Of a stretch of DNA of 64,000 bases, positions 51,958-61,066 are shown piece by piece. Made by a program: the position numbers and the translations under genes. Source of the stretch: Chloroflexota bacterium (GTDB taxonomy: Bacteria > Chloroflexota > UBA11872 > VXOZ01); contig OZ244922.1 in assembly GCA_965221905.1 (NCBI GenBank), forward strand, positions 1,600,001 to 1,664,000. Reading direction: 5' to 3'. The notes below the pieces were generated by a model. That model ran no database searches. It was not told where the DNA came from and worked only from the letters and a program-made list of their open reading frames with translations. Numbering within the stretch: position 1 is the stretch's first letter; each line of letters opens with the position of its first letter.

Positions 51958-53016
51958 TCACTCGACGCGCTGGGTTTGGCCGGTTTCCGCGGCGCGGTAG
52001 ATGGCGTGGACGACCTTGAGGACGTGGAGCGATTCGGCTGTTGTGACCGGATGCGCCGTTACACCTAGTGCACCGAGCACAGACGCGCGGACCAAGCCGA
52101 AGTAGGTGGACATGGCATCGCCGGTGGGCGAATCGTACCGGATCGTGCGATAGGGCGCGGAGTGCTCGGCGGGATGAGTGCTATACCACTCCAGGCTCTC
52201 CCAGTCGTTGGGGCGTCCGCGCAGCCAGCCTTGCGCGCCCCAGAGATGGAGGTGCGACTGCTTGTTGCGGTCGAGGTAATAGGCAGAGGTCAAGGTGCCG
52301 ACCATGCCGTCCTCAAAGCGCAGCACGGCGACGGCGGCGTCCTCCGTGTCGATGGGCGCGCCGCCAACGACTGCGGTCAGTCCTGCGACTTCCACAACGC
52401 GCTGGCCGGTGAGGTGGTGCAGCAGATCGACATAATGAATTCCCAGCCACATGAGGTGTCCGCCACCGGCATAGGCCTTCTGCGAAAACCATGATGCTTG
52501 CCACTCAGCCTGTTGCACACGCGTCTGGTCGGCGATGAAATAGGTATCGACGCCGTAGAGTTTGCCGAGCGTGCCGCCGGCGACGAGGCGTTTCGCATCC
52601 TGCAGAAATGGAAAACCCCGAGCCGCAAAGGCCAGACCGATGTTGCGCTGCTGCTCTTCGGCCAAAGAAGCCAGCTCAGCAAACTCCTCCCACTGCAAAC
52701 AGGCGGGCTTCTCCGCGAGCACGTGGCTGCCATTGCGCAGGCAGGCGGCGATGGTTGCCGGCGCAGTGCGGGGCTCTAAGCTGACGACGGTCAGCTCCGG
52801 TTGAAATGCGGCGAACAGCGCATCCGCATCAGGATAAACGCCGACGAGGCGCGTGCCGAGGTGCGCTCGCGCATGGGACTCTATATCATCAGCGCCGTTG
52901 GTCACCAGCGCGAGCTGTGCGACCTCGGGCAGTGCCGCCAGAATTTCCAAGAAGCCGCTGACGTGCATGGTGCCCGACGGAGCAGTGATGACGGCAACGC
53001 GTGCTTGTTGGCCCAT
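51958..53016 (-). CDS. Gfo/Idh/MocA family oxidoreductase
   Basis: AEKPAC, GGGHLMWLGIH, TEDAA. Confidence 0.92.
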   Translation of the reverse strand: MGQQARVAVITAPSGTMHVSGFLEILAALPEVAQLALVTNGADDIESHARAHLGTRLVGVYPDADALFAAFQPELTVVSLEPRTAPATIAACLRNGSHVLAEKPACLQWEEFAELASLAEEQQRNIGLAFAARGFPFLQDAKRLVAGGTLGKLYGVDTYFIADQTRVQQAEWQASWFSQKAYAGGGHLMWLGIHYVDLLHHLTGQRVVEVAGLTAVVGGAPIDTEDAAVAVLRFEDGMVGTLTSAYYLDRNKQSHLHLWGAQGWLRGRPNDWESLEWYSTHPAEHSAPYRTIRYDSPTGDAMSTYFGLVRASVLGALGVTAHPVTTAESLHVLKVVHAIYRAAETGQTQRVE

Positions 53017-53019
53017 TGG

Positions 53020-54045
53020 TCACTCCTTATGTGTATTGTGTCCCAGATAGAGATCGCGGCCCTCGACCAGCGCGGCCATCTTTTGATCGGCCACAATGCG
53101 GGAAAGCATCCAGAAGCCGCAATCGGGATGCACCCACTGGACTCGTTCAGGTCCCAGCACAGTGACGGCGCGCTCGATGCGGCGGGCGATGAATTCAGGC
53201 GATTCAACGACGTTGTCTTTGATGTCAACGACGCCGATACCCAGGGCTATTTCGGGTTTGAGGTCAAGAAAAACCGGTAGCTCTGCGTCCCCGGGACGAG
53301 CAAGTTCCAAGATGAGGTGATCGCACTCTAACCGATTGAAGAAGGGGAGCAGGTCTTTGAAAAGTCCCTGCTGGATGGTTTGGCCGCCGTAGTTGCCAAA
53401 GCAGAGATGCACTGCCTTCTGACCGCTAAATCCTGCGAACACGCGGTTGAGGACGTCAGCCGCCCACTCGCCGTCATGCGGTGAACCGACAAGGTTGGCT
53501 TCGTCTATCTGCAACACGGCGGCATCGAGGTTTGCGACTTGCTGCTTAAAGACATCGGCAATTGCGAATGCAAGTTCGCGAATGTCACGATAATGCAGGT
53601 CGAGCAAGGACTTCGCCAGCATGTATGGGCTTGTCACAGTAAACTTGAGCGGCTTTGTAGTGAGGGCGCTGCCGGATGCGGCGGCGGGAAGGTCTAGCGT
53701 GCCCTCGCCGATAGCTTCCCTGACGACGCCCGCCGGCTGCTTGCGAAACTGCATGCCCGCTTGCCGGCGAAATGCCGCAACATCGGCGCGGCTGAATGTA
53801 GAGTCTACACCCGCCAGCGGTTGAATGAAGTATTCGATCATGCCCTGCGTTTCCGGATGGTTGACGTCGAAACGGGAGAGTTCGCCATCCGTCACCACGT
53901 CGATGCCGGCAAGCTCCTGGGTCTTGAATACCGCCAGCATGGCGTCGCGCAGAGCCGGTTTGCTCGGCATGGCGAGCAGCCAGGACGGCGCGGGGTAACT
54001 GCCTACCACCGTGGTCAGGATGGGTGGGGTATGCCGGCCCTGCAT
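53020..54045 (-). CDS. Cobalamin-independent methionine synthase II family (MetE C-terminal-domain-only) protein
   Basis: TTVVGSYP, QELAGIDVVTDGE, QIDEA, Zn ligands HLC / E / HPDCG; RBS gaggt before ATG 54045. Confidence 0.88.
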   Translation of the reverse strand: MQGRHTPPILTTVVGSYPAPSWLLAMPSKPALRDAMLAVFKTQELAGIDVVTDGELSRFDVNHPETQGMIEYFIQPLAGVDSTFSRADVAAFRRQAGMQFRKQPAGVVREAIGEGTLDLPAAASGSALTTKPLKFTVTSPYMLAKSLLDLHYRDIRELAFAIADVFKQQVANLDAAVLQIDEANLVGSPHDGEWAADVLNRVFAGFSGQKAVHLCFGNYGGQTIQQGLFKDLLPFFNRLECDHLILELARPGDAELPVFLDLKPEIALGIGVVDIKDNVVESPEFIARRIERAVTVLGPERVQWVHPDCGFWMLSRIVADQKMAALVEGRDLYLGHNTHKE

Positions 54046-54284
54046 ATTGGGGACCTCAGCTTGAATTGGAGGTGCGGGCAAGACGGTCTTCCTCTAGGAT
54101 TTGGCTAGTCTTTTCAATTGAAGGCCAAGATTGCCGGCTTGGGCAATCGACTGGCACCATCAGCATCACTGTAGCCGCTATTGTGAGGAGATACAAGCTG
54201 CGAAGTGTAGCGCTGCACAAGCCGTCTTAGAGGGAGGCGCCATAGCAGTTGCTTGCCTTCAAGCAACCGCATACGGCGGCAGAC

Positions 54285-54327
54285 CGTTCCCGCTCACACT
54301 TCGACAGGCTCAGTGCGAACGGGAACG
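54285..54327. repeat. REP (cttcgacaggctcag family)
   Basis: cgttcccgctcacacttcgacaggctcagtgcgaacgggaacg. Confidence 0.7.
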
Positions 54328-54401
54328 TCCTGCTCTGACTCTGCTGGGAGTTTGTCTCTATTTATTGGTGTGAAAAGGACACAATTGCCAAGTCATGCTC
54401 A

Positions 54402-54764
54402 CTAGGGCACGGCTTGCCGGAACGGGCGGCCGATCCAATCGAGCAGCTTGCGCACCGGTTTGGCGACCACTTGCTGGCGGACAGCCTTCTCTACCCGATC
54501 ATGCTCAAGCGCGTCGCCATGGTACCGCACGGTGAATGTGTCTTCGTCAGGTTTGAATCTAACGTCCTGAACGCCCGGCAGCGTTGCGAGGCCCTGTTGC
54601 GTACGCCGCACGCAGATGCCCGTGCACGCGAGACCGGCAACGTGAATGTCCATTTCCCTAGTGGGCGCAGGTTTGAAACCTGCGCTACCGGATTTGTCGC
54701 TCAGGGCTTCATCGCGTCGTCGTATGACGTGGGGATCGATGAAGAGGTTCAGCAGTCGTGGCAT
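54402..54764 (-). CDS. Heavy-metal-associated (HMA-like) domain protein with CxxxC motif; contains an in-frame REP (alternative start 54653)
   Basis: IHVAGLACTGICVRRTQQGLATLPGVQDVRF; REP at 54661-54689 translates as GSAGFKPAP. Confidence 0.7.
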   Translation of the reverse strand: MPRLLNLFIDPHVIRRRDEALSDKSGSAGFKPAPTREMDIHVAGLACTGICVRRTQQGLATLPGVQDVRFKPDEDTFTVRYHGDALEHDRVEKAVRQQVVAKPVRKLLDWIGRPFRQAVP

Positions 54765-54802
54765 CGTAGAACCCCCATGGGTCGCTCGCGTGAATCCTCG
54801 CC

Positions 54803-55948
54803 CTACACCGTCTTCAGCCAGTGGTCGAGAAACGCGACTGCTTGAATGTCTGTGATCTCATCTTCCGGCTCCGTCTCGTGTCCCAACTCGTGGATGCGGA
54901 TGCCGCACTTCTCCGGTATGCCGAGACTTTCATAATTGGCTTCAACGAGTTTGAACTCTTGTATGGCATTGGGCCACCACACGGCGCCGTCGTGCTTGCC
55001 GTCCTCCACGAAGAACGCCCGCGGGCAGATGAGGGAGGCTATGTCGGCGTCACCAAATTCCCTAAATAGATTTGGTATGAATTGGAATTCGGAAGAGGTC
55101 TCGATGAAGGCGCCGCCATTGATCAGTTCCGGCTGCAGCATCTTGCTGAAGCGCTCGTTGAACCAGGCAGAGGACACTACCGCCTGCAACCGCTGCTCGA
55201 GCGCGCCCATCCAGAGGGCCGCTCGACCGCCGCGCGAAAGGCCGTACAAACCAATATGGTCGATGTGCACCTCGGGCAACGTTTCCAGATAATCTACGGC
55301 GCGGGATAGCGTGAAATACTCCAGCGCTTGAATGGTTTGACCGATGAGGATGGCTTTACGGTGGATCTGATTCTGGGCGCGGCCCTGCTCGTGGTTGCGT
55401 AGCGAGGGAACATTGGGCACGTTGAAACGGTCTTCGCCGTAGCCGCCAATCATACGCGGCGCAATGACCACATAGCCGTGCTTGGCGAGGCGCACGCCGA
55501 TTTCGTGATAGGCGGCGCTATACTCCGGTTCGGTGAAGCCGCAGATTTGCTCCGGCGTGTGGTTAACACCGTGCTGGGCCAGGACTGCCGGAAACGGCCC
55601 TTCGCCATGGGGCCGAATGAGAATGGCGTCCACCCGCACGTCGTCGAACGAGGTATAGAAGACTCGTGACGCCGTATAGGTATCGGTGGTGGCGATCTCC
55701 TCGATGCTTGGCTCCAAGGGCCCGCGCTCCCAAGGCCAGCCGCCGATCATGGCGAGCAGGCGGTCCCGGTTTTGTGCCACCGAGCGGGAGTACGCCTCCT
55801 GACTTGAGTAGTCCCGCTGCCAGCGCCCAGCACGCTCGTCGTAGCGCTGACGGCATTGACCCATGAGCCAAGCATCGTACGCTTCGAAGAGCTGCTGCCG
55901 CAGCGGGTCAACGTCGGCTCCTGAGAGTTTTGGATCTTCGCCTGTCAC
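54803..55948 (-). CDS. Alpha/beta hydrolase (dienelactone hydrolase/acetylxylan esterase-like)
   Basis: PFPAVLAQHG, GLSRGG nucleophile elbow, ICPRAF, DG, GHE. Confidence 0.88.
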   Translation of the reverse strand: MTGEDPKLSGADVDPLRQQLFEAYDAWLMGQCRQRYDERAGRWQRDYSSQEAYSRSVAQNRDRLLAMIGGWPWERGPLEPSIEEIATTDTYTASRVFYTSFDDVRVDAILIRPHGEGPFPAVLAQHGVNHTPEQICGFTEPEYSAAYHEIGVRLAKHGYVVIAPRMIGGYGEDRFNVPNVPSLRNHEQGRAQNQIHRKAILIGQTIQALEYFTLSRAVDYLETLPEVHIDHIGLYGLSRGGRAALWMGALEQRLQAVVSSAWFNERFSKMLQPELINGGAFIETSSEFQFIPNLFREFGDADIASLICPRAFFVEDGKHDGAVWWPNAIQEFKLVEANYESLGIPEKCGIRIHELGHETEPEDEITDIQAVAFLDHWLKTV

Positions 55949-55970
55949 GTGGCACCTTCCCTTTCAGTGA

Positions 55971-56002
55971 AGAGGGAGGAGGCCATGCGGCCTCCTCCCT
56001 CT
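55971..56002. terminator. 14-bp perfect hairpin after SBP gene (terminator/mRNA stabiliser)
   Basis: agagggaggaggcc-atgc-ggcctcctccctct. Confidence 0.6.
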
Positions 56003-56031
56003 CTTAGCTTTGCCGAGTAAATTGAACTACG

Positions 56032-57414
56032 TTACCGCGATTGGCCGTGCTCTTCCAGGAAGTCGTCGAGGATGGTCTGGACTTGGTCGTTGGCTTCCTT
56101 GAGCGCCTCGGGAATCGTGCGGTTGCCGGCCATGACATCCGGGACAAACCCGTTGACGAACGACAGCACCTGCGGCGCGCCCGGCAAGGGGATGACAAAC
56201 TTGCGGTGCTGCATCATGTTGGCAGAGAAGCGCACGAAGTCGTCGCCTTGGTGGTACTCTTCGGAGTCCGCCACGTCGGAGCGGATGGGCAGACGGTCGA
56301 AGTGCTGCGCCCAGCGAATATTCACGCTGCGGCTGCCAAAGTGCTCCAGGAACTTCCACGCCTTATCCGGATTTGGCGAGTCTATGGTCAAGTACCAGGT
56401 ATGGCAACCACCGTAGCCGGCCTGTCGCCCGCCCTCGGGGACGGGATAGGGGCCATAGTTGAACTCGAAATCGGGCTGATTCGGTAATATCTGACCGGCA
56501 CGCTCGGAGTTGGTCAGGTGCATGTTGCCTACCACGCCTTGGAAGAAGGGTTGGAAGTAAGCAGGATAGCGTGCCGCCTCACCCCAGAACTCCAATACCT
56601 GGTTATAGCCGCCCTGGGCATCGAAGATGCTGCGCTTCTGCCAGTTCAGCGCCTCTTCAGCCTCGGGTGTGTTGAGGGTGACCAGTCCCTCCGGCGTAGT
56701 GACCTCGCCGCCCAACTGCCACAGGGGCACCATCCAGAGATGGTTGCCGCCGGTGCCGCGCAGCGGATCGAATCCCAGGCGCTCGATCTTGTCACCGCTG
56801 ACCTTATAGATAGTGGAAATCACGTCTTCAAGGTCATTCCAGCTTGCCGGTGGGCTTTCCGGGTCGAGCCCAACGTCGAGATAGGCCTTATTGCCCGTGT
56901 AGAGAAAGCGAATGTCCGGGCCGAAGGGCATGCCCTGCACCACATTCTTCCACTGCAAGTCGCCGCGCAGCGACTCCCAGATCTCTTCTTTCTTGATGAC
57001 GTTGGATGCCGCCATGTAGGAGTCGAGTCCGAGCGGTAGGTTTAGAACGGCGAGCGTCTGCGCTTGCCACGACCCCGCCTGCCCCACGTCGAGCCCGAAA
57101 TTGGCGGCCACGGCGGTCACCATCTTGTCCATGCGATTGCCGGATTCAACGGTGGCGTTGACGGTAAGGCCGGGGTTGGCCTCCTCAAGTTCCTGTACAA
57201 CCTCCAAACCGATGCCTTGGCTGAGATCCCAACGGGAAGTCGTAAAGACCCGAATTTCGTAAGTATCCGGCGGGTCGGGCTTCACCTCTGCCTTGGGCTC
57301 CATCTTCTCTTCGGCCTTTGGCGCATCGGTCATCGTCGTCGCCTGACCGCAGGCCGCCAACAGCGCGAAACCAGCGCCGGAACCGAGTCCAAGTAACATC
57401 TTACGTCGAGTCAT
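56032..57414 (-). CDS. Extracellular solute-binding lipoprotein, Tat signal
   Basis: MTRRKML + LAACG; paralog of the other two SBPs (GTGGNHLWMVPLWQLGG, FDRLP). Confidence 0.9.
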   Translation of the reverse strand: MTRRKMLLGLGSGAGFALLAACGQATTMTDAPKAEEKMEPKAEVKPDPPDTYEIRVFTTSRWDLSQGIGLEVVQELEEANPGLTVNATVESGNRMDKMVTAVAANFGLDVGQAGSWQAQTLAVLNLPLGLDSYMAASNVIKKEEIWESLRGDLQWKNVVQGMPFGPDIRFLYTGNKAYLDVGLDPESPPASWNDLEDVISTIYKVSGDKIERLGFDPLRGTGGNHLWMVPLWQLGGEVTTPEGLVTLNTPEAEEALNWQKRSIFDAQGGYNQVLEFWGEAARYPAYFQPFFQGVVGNMHLTNSERAGQILPNQPDFEFNYGPYPVPEGGRQAGYGGCHTWYLTIDSPNPDKAWKFLEHFGSRSVNIRWAQHFDRLPIRSDVADSEEYHQGDDFVRFSANMMQHRKFVIPLPGAPQVLSFVNGFVPDVMAGNRTIPEALKEANDQVQTILDDFLEEHGQSR

Positions 57415-57515
57415 TTTAAAGTTCCTTTGAGGGTGCTCCAACCAACCGATTGGTTGGAGATTAGCACCGAGTGTGCTCACTGTCAAGGAAGAAGGTGAGA
57501 GCGCGTGGTAAACGC

Positions 57516-58178
57516 CTACACTTGTACGCGTTGCCGGCTAACGGCTTGTGCAATCTGCGCCGAACTAGCCAGCGTCGCCCAGCGAGTGCCTACCAGTGGC
57601 GTGATCATGGCCTGATCCACGGCGGAGGCATGCAAGATAGCGTCACTCGGCCAATAGTTGGTGAAGCCGAATTCGCGGCTCTGGATCAGACTATAGAAGA
57701 CACACGCGCCGCCGTACTGACCGGTAAGCACGACGTTCTCGATGCCGGCATTGTTCAGGATGTAGTCGAGGCCCGTCCCGGTGAACGCCGAACTCGTGAG
57801 TTTTCGAACAATAATCTCCTCACGCTGTGGAGCAAGCTCGTCTATGACCGACATGGCGTGGGAGTCGAAATAGTCGTAGTCGCGACCGCGCTGGTAGGGT
57901 ACGGCCTCACGGGCGTCCGCAGTCCACTTGGCATTGACGACGTGGACCACCAGGCCGCCGGAAGCGCGAAAGGCGTCGAGGATCGAACGCAGGTTGGGGA
58001 TCACGGTCTGCAATTCAGCCGTAAACCAGCGTTCGCTCTCATTGCTACCGCTACCCAGCCAGGTCGGATCGCAGAAGCGCCGCATCATATCTACAATGAT
58101 GAGCGCGGTCTTTTCCGGTGGCAGCACCGCGTCGTCGGCGAGGTCTTTCGTTTTGAATTGCGCGGTATCAATGAGCAT
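57516..58178 (-). CDS. Isochorismatase-family cysteine hydrolase
   Basis: TALIIVDM, RKLTSSAFTGT, TGQYGGACV (Asp-Lys-Cys triad). Confidence 0.9.
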   Translation of the reverse strand: MLIDTAQFKTKDLADDAVLPPEKTALIIVDMMRRFCDPTWLGSGSNESERWFTAELQTVIPNLRSILDAFRASGGLVVHVVNAKWTADAREAVPYQRGRDYDYFDSHAMSVIDELAPQREEIIVRKLTSSAFTGTGLDYILNNAGIENVVLTGQYGGACVFYSLIQSREFGFTNYWPSDAILHASAVDQAMITPLVGTRWATLASSAQIAQAVSRQRVQV

Positions 58179-58218
58179 TGGATGGTTCCTTTCGTGCCGT
58201 TTGACAGTTACTTCCAGC

Positions 58219-58245
58219 GTAGCGGGGGACAAGCCCCCGCGCTAC
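58219..58245. repeat. GTAG REP
   Basis: gtagcgggggacaagcccccgcgctac. Confidence 0.75.
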
Positions 58246-58259
58246 AGATCAAATTGCTT

Positions 58260-58462
58260 CTATCCCCGGTAGCACAGGTTAGTAACCTGCGTCTCAACCT
58301 GCTATCCCTGGTAGCACAGGTTAGTAACCTGCGTCTGAACCTGCTATCCCCGGTAGCGCAGGATTGTAGCCTGCGTCTGAACCTGCTATCCCCGGTAGCG
58401 CAGGATTGTAGCCTGCGTCTGAACCTGTTATCCCTGGTAGCGCAGGTTTGTAACCTGCGTCT
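58260..58462. repeat. Tandem array, about 4.8 x 42 bp, each unit carrying a GTAG REP hairpin
   Basis: Units start at 58260, 58302, 58344, 58386, 58428; consensus ctatccc(c/t)ggtagc(a/g)cagg(ttagtaa/attgtag)cctgcgtctgaacctg. Confidence 0.92.
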
Positions 58463-58591
58463 TATCCACTCGCACTGAATAGCAAATCAGGGCCGGTTAT
58501 CGAGAGAGCTTCCGCTGAGTTTTCTTTGCAGTCGATTGAACAGCAGGGATAAGACTTGGTTCCTGCTGATGCTCATTCGTGACTGCTTATT

Positions 58592-59350
58592 CTACATATA
58601 CCAACCGCCGTTGACGCTTAGTACCTCACCGGTGATGTAGCGGGCGTCATCCGAGGCCAGGAAGAGAATGGCGGCGGCTACGTCTTCTGCCCTGCCAAAA
58701 TGGCCGAGGGGGATTTGCTGGCGCACCTGCTCCCTGATTTCGTCGTCGATGGCGCGCGTCATGTCGGTATCCATGAACCCGGGCGCAACAGCATTGACGC
58801 GGACGTGGTACCGCGCTAACTCTCTGGCCAGGGACTTCGTGAAGCCGATGGCGCCAGCCTTGGCTGCCGCGTAATTGGTCTGGCCGATGTTGCCCATGAG
58901 CGCAATCACCGAAGCCACGTTGACGATGCTGCCCGTCGCGCGCTCGCGCATGTGAATTGCCGCGGGTTTCGAGCAATTGAACATGCTGCCGAGGTTTACG
59001 TCCAGCACCTCGTCCCAGTGTTCGCGGGTCAAGTTGCGGAGGGTCGCGTCTCGCAGAATGCCGGCATTATTGACCAGAATGTCGAGGCAGCCAAACTCTT
59101 GAATGGCTTGCTCGACCATTTGTGCGCTCGGCTCCTCCTGGGCTACGTCCGCGCCAACGACCAGCGCCCGGCGACCCATGCTCTCCACCTCCTTGGCTAC
59201 GGCCTCCGCGTTTCGGCGGTGCACCCCCGCCGCATCCGGGTAGTGGTTGACGGCCACGTTAGCACCCTCACGGGCGAGGGTGAGTGCGGTGGCGCGACCG
59301 ATGCCTTGGGAAGCGCCGGTAATGAGCGCGCATTTGCTATCCAATCTCAT
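58592..59350 (-). CDS. 3-oxoacyl-ACP / acetoacetyl-CoA reductase (FabG/PhaB-like SDR)
   Basis: TGASQGIG, NNAGILRD, GNIGQTNYAAAK, PGFMDTDMT; 4 bp after thiolase. Confidence 0.9.
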   Translation of the reverse strand: MRLDSKCALITGASQGIGRATALTLAREGANVAVNHYPDAAGVHRRNAEAVAKEVESMGRRALVVGADVAQEEPSAQMVEQAIQEFGCLDILVNNAGILRDATLRNLTREHWDEVLDVNLGSMFNCSKPAAIHMRERATGSIVNVASVIALMGNIGQTNYAAAKAGAIGFTKSLARELARYHVRVNAVAPGFMDTDMTRAIDDEIREQVRQQIPLGHFGRAEDVAAAILFLASDDARYITGEVLSVNGGWYM

Positions 59351-59354
59351 GAAG

Positions 59355-60548
59355 CTAGTGCACCTCTCGTTCCACCAAAGCAGCGATTCCCATGCCGCCG
59401 CCGGCACAAAGCGCGGCAATGCCTCGGCGCACGTTGCGTCGCTGCATTTCGTATATGAGCGTGCCCAGTATGCGGGCGCCGCTCGCGCCGACGGGATGAC
59501 CGACGGCGATTGCCCCGCCGTTTACGTTTACGCGCGCACGATCCCACTGGAGTTCGGCCTCCACGGCAAGAACTTGAGCGGCGAAAGCTTCATTGACTTC
59601 GAGGAGGTCTATGTCATCAAGGGTCAGCTCGGTTTTGTCGAGGAGAATGCGAATCGCCTTTGCCGGCCCGATACCCATGCGCACGGGGGCGACGCCGGTG
59701 GTCGCGACCGCCATCAGGCTCGCGAGCGGCTGGCGCTCATGTGTCTCCGCCCATTCAGCGGATGCCACCACGATTGCGGCCGCGCCGTCGTTAATACCGG
59801 ATGCGTTGCCGGCGGTGATGGTGGTAACGTCTTTGAAGGCGGGATGGAGCGACGCCAGAGCCTCGATGGTCGTGTCCGAACGCGGATATTCATCGTCGCT
59901 TATCACTCTAGGCGGTCCCCGGCGCTGCGGTACCGACACCGGGGCGACTTCCGCGGCAACGTGACAGGCGCGCGCCGCTGCCGCATACCGCTGCTGGCTT
60001 TGCAGAGCGTATTCGTCTTGCGCTTCGCGGGATATGCCGTACTCTTGCGCGAGAGTGTCGGCGGTGTTTGCCATGTGGCAGTCGGCGAATGCGTCCCAGA
60101 GTCCGTCGCTGAGAAGAGTGTCAACCAGGGTGGCATGGCCCAGCTTGTTGCCCCAGCGCGCACCGGGCAGCACATAGGGCGCTTGGCTCATGCATTCCGT
60201 GCCGCCGGCCAGCGCCACGTCAATCTCGCCTAGCCGAATATACTGTGCGGCGAGCGCCACGGATTGCAAGCCCGAGGCGCAGACTTGATTAATGGTCATG
60301 GCCGGCGCTGCTTCGGGTACGCCTGCGCGCAAACTGACCTGGCGGGCTGTATTCATGCCGCTGCCGCCCTGGTACACTTGACCGAATATCGAGACCTGTA
60401 CCTCATCAGGCGCTACGTCCGCCCGCGCCAACGCGGCCTGCGCCGCAACGACACCAAGTTGTGGCGCGGAAAGCTCACTAAACGAGCCGCCAAATTTGCC
60501 AATCGGCGTCCGGGCAGCCGCAAGTATCACCGGCTGTCGATTGCTCAT
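59355..60548 (-). CDS. Acetyl-CoA C-acetyltransferase (thiolase)
   Basis: NQVCASG, NEAFA, GHPVGASG, LCAGGGMG. Confidence 0.95.
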   Translation of the reverse strand: MSNRQPVILAAARTPIGKFGGSFSELSAPQLGVVAAQAALARADVAPDEVQVSIFGQVYQGGSGMNTARQVSLRAGVPEAAPAMTINQVCASGLQSVALAAQYIRLGEIDVALAGGTECMSQAPYVLPGARWGNKLGHATLVDTLLSDGLWDAFADCHMANTADTLAQEYGISREAQDEYALQSQQRYAAAARACHVAAEVAPVSVPQRRGPPRVISDDEYPRSDTTIEALASLHPAFKDVTTITAGNASGINDGAAAIVVASAEWAETHERQPLASLMAVATTGVAPVRMGIGPAKAIRILLDKTELTLDDIDLLEVNEAFAAQVLAVEAELQWDRARVNVNGGAIAVGHPVGASGARILGTLIYEMQRRNVRRGIAALCAGGGMGIAALVEREVH

Positions 60549-60744
60549 GTTCTTTGTCTAACCTCCTTCAGTTAGGAGTTGTTGTACTGAGTTGTGTTGA
60601 CTTTCAAGTCTTAGCGTTCGGTTTACACCAGTAAAGAAGCTGTGAGCTAGTCCGTCTCCTCTCCGACTGAGACTCTTGGGTTACCCAGTCAGACCGGCAG
60701 ACTTGGGTTGATATGCCGATATTCACTCTCACCTTCTCCCAGCG

Positions 60745-60925
60745 GAGACCCCCATATCGGGGTACCGGGCATGCGCGGACTTCCAGTCCGATGCATAACT
60801 CCGTCATTCCGGCGAAAGCCGGAATCCAGGGGTGTGTGGGTAGTTTGGGATTGCTAGCCGTGAAGCCCTTGTCACCCCCTTCCCGACCTGCCCCATCAAG
60901 GTGGAAGGGGTTTCGCAAAAGTCTC
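60745..60925. mobile_element. MITE with GAGAC...GTCTC ends and 5-bp target duplication, inserted in a REP hairpin
   Basis: cagcg|gagac ... tttcgcaaaagtctc|cagcg; contains CGTC REP 60802-60828. Confidence 0.7.
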
Positions 60926-61066
60926 CAGCGGGAGAGAGGACTTGCAACATCCGGCCAAGGTAGTGTGGGTTTACTTGCAGTGGCAATTATTCCCCCTTTG
61001 CCAAGAGCGCATGGTTCCGTGAATGGGTAAGTCCGGTGCTGTATGCCCTCCGAACGTGGTCTCCCT

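Noticed and set aside
54046-54280. SAM or cobalamin riboswitch upstream of the MetE-like gene
   Set aside because: No SAM-I core or B12-box motifs recognisable on the coding strand
58260-58462. Possible CRISPR array
   Set aside because: Units are contiguous near-identical 42-mers with no unique spacers; no cas genes in the window
57471-58478. 335-aa plus-strand ORF ending in LLSPVAQVSNLRLN repeats
   Set aside because: Antisense shadow of the isochorismatase gene running into the 42-bp array; the peptide repeat only reflects the in-frame DNA period
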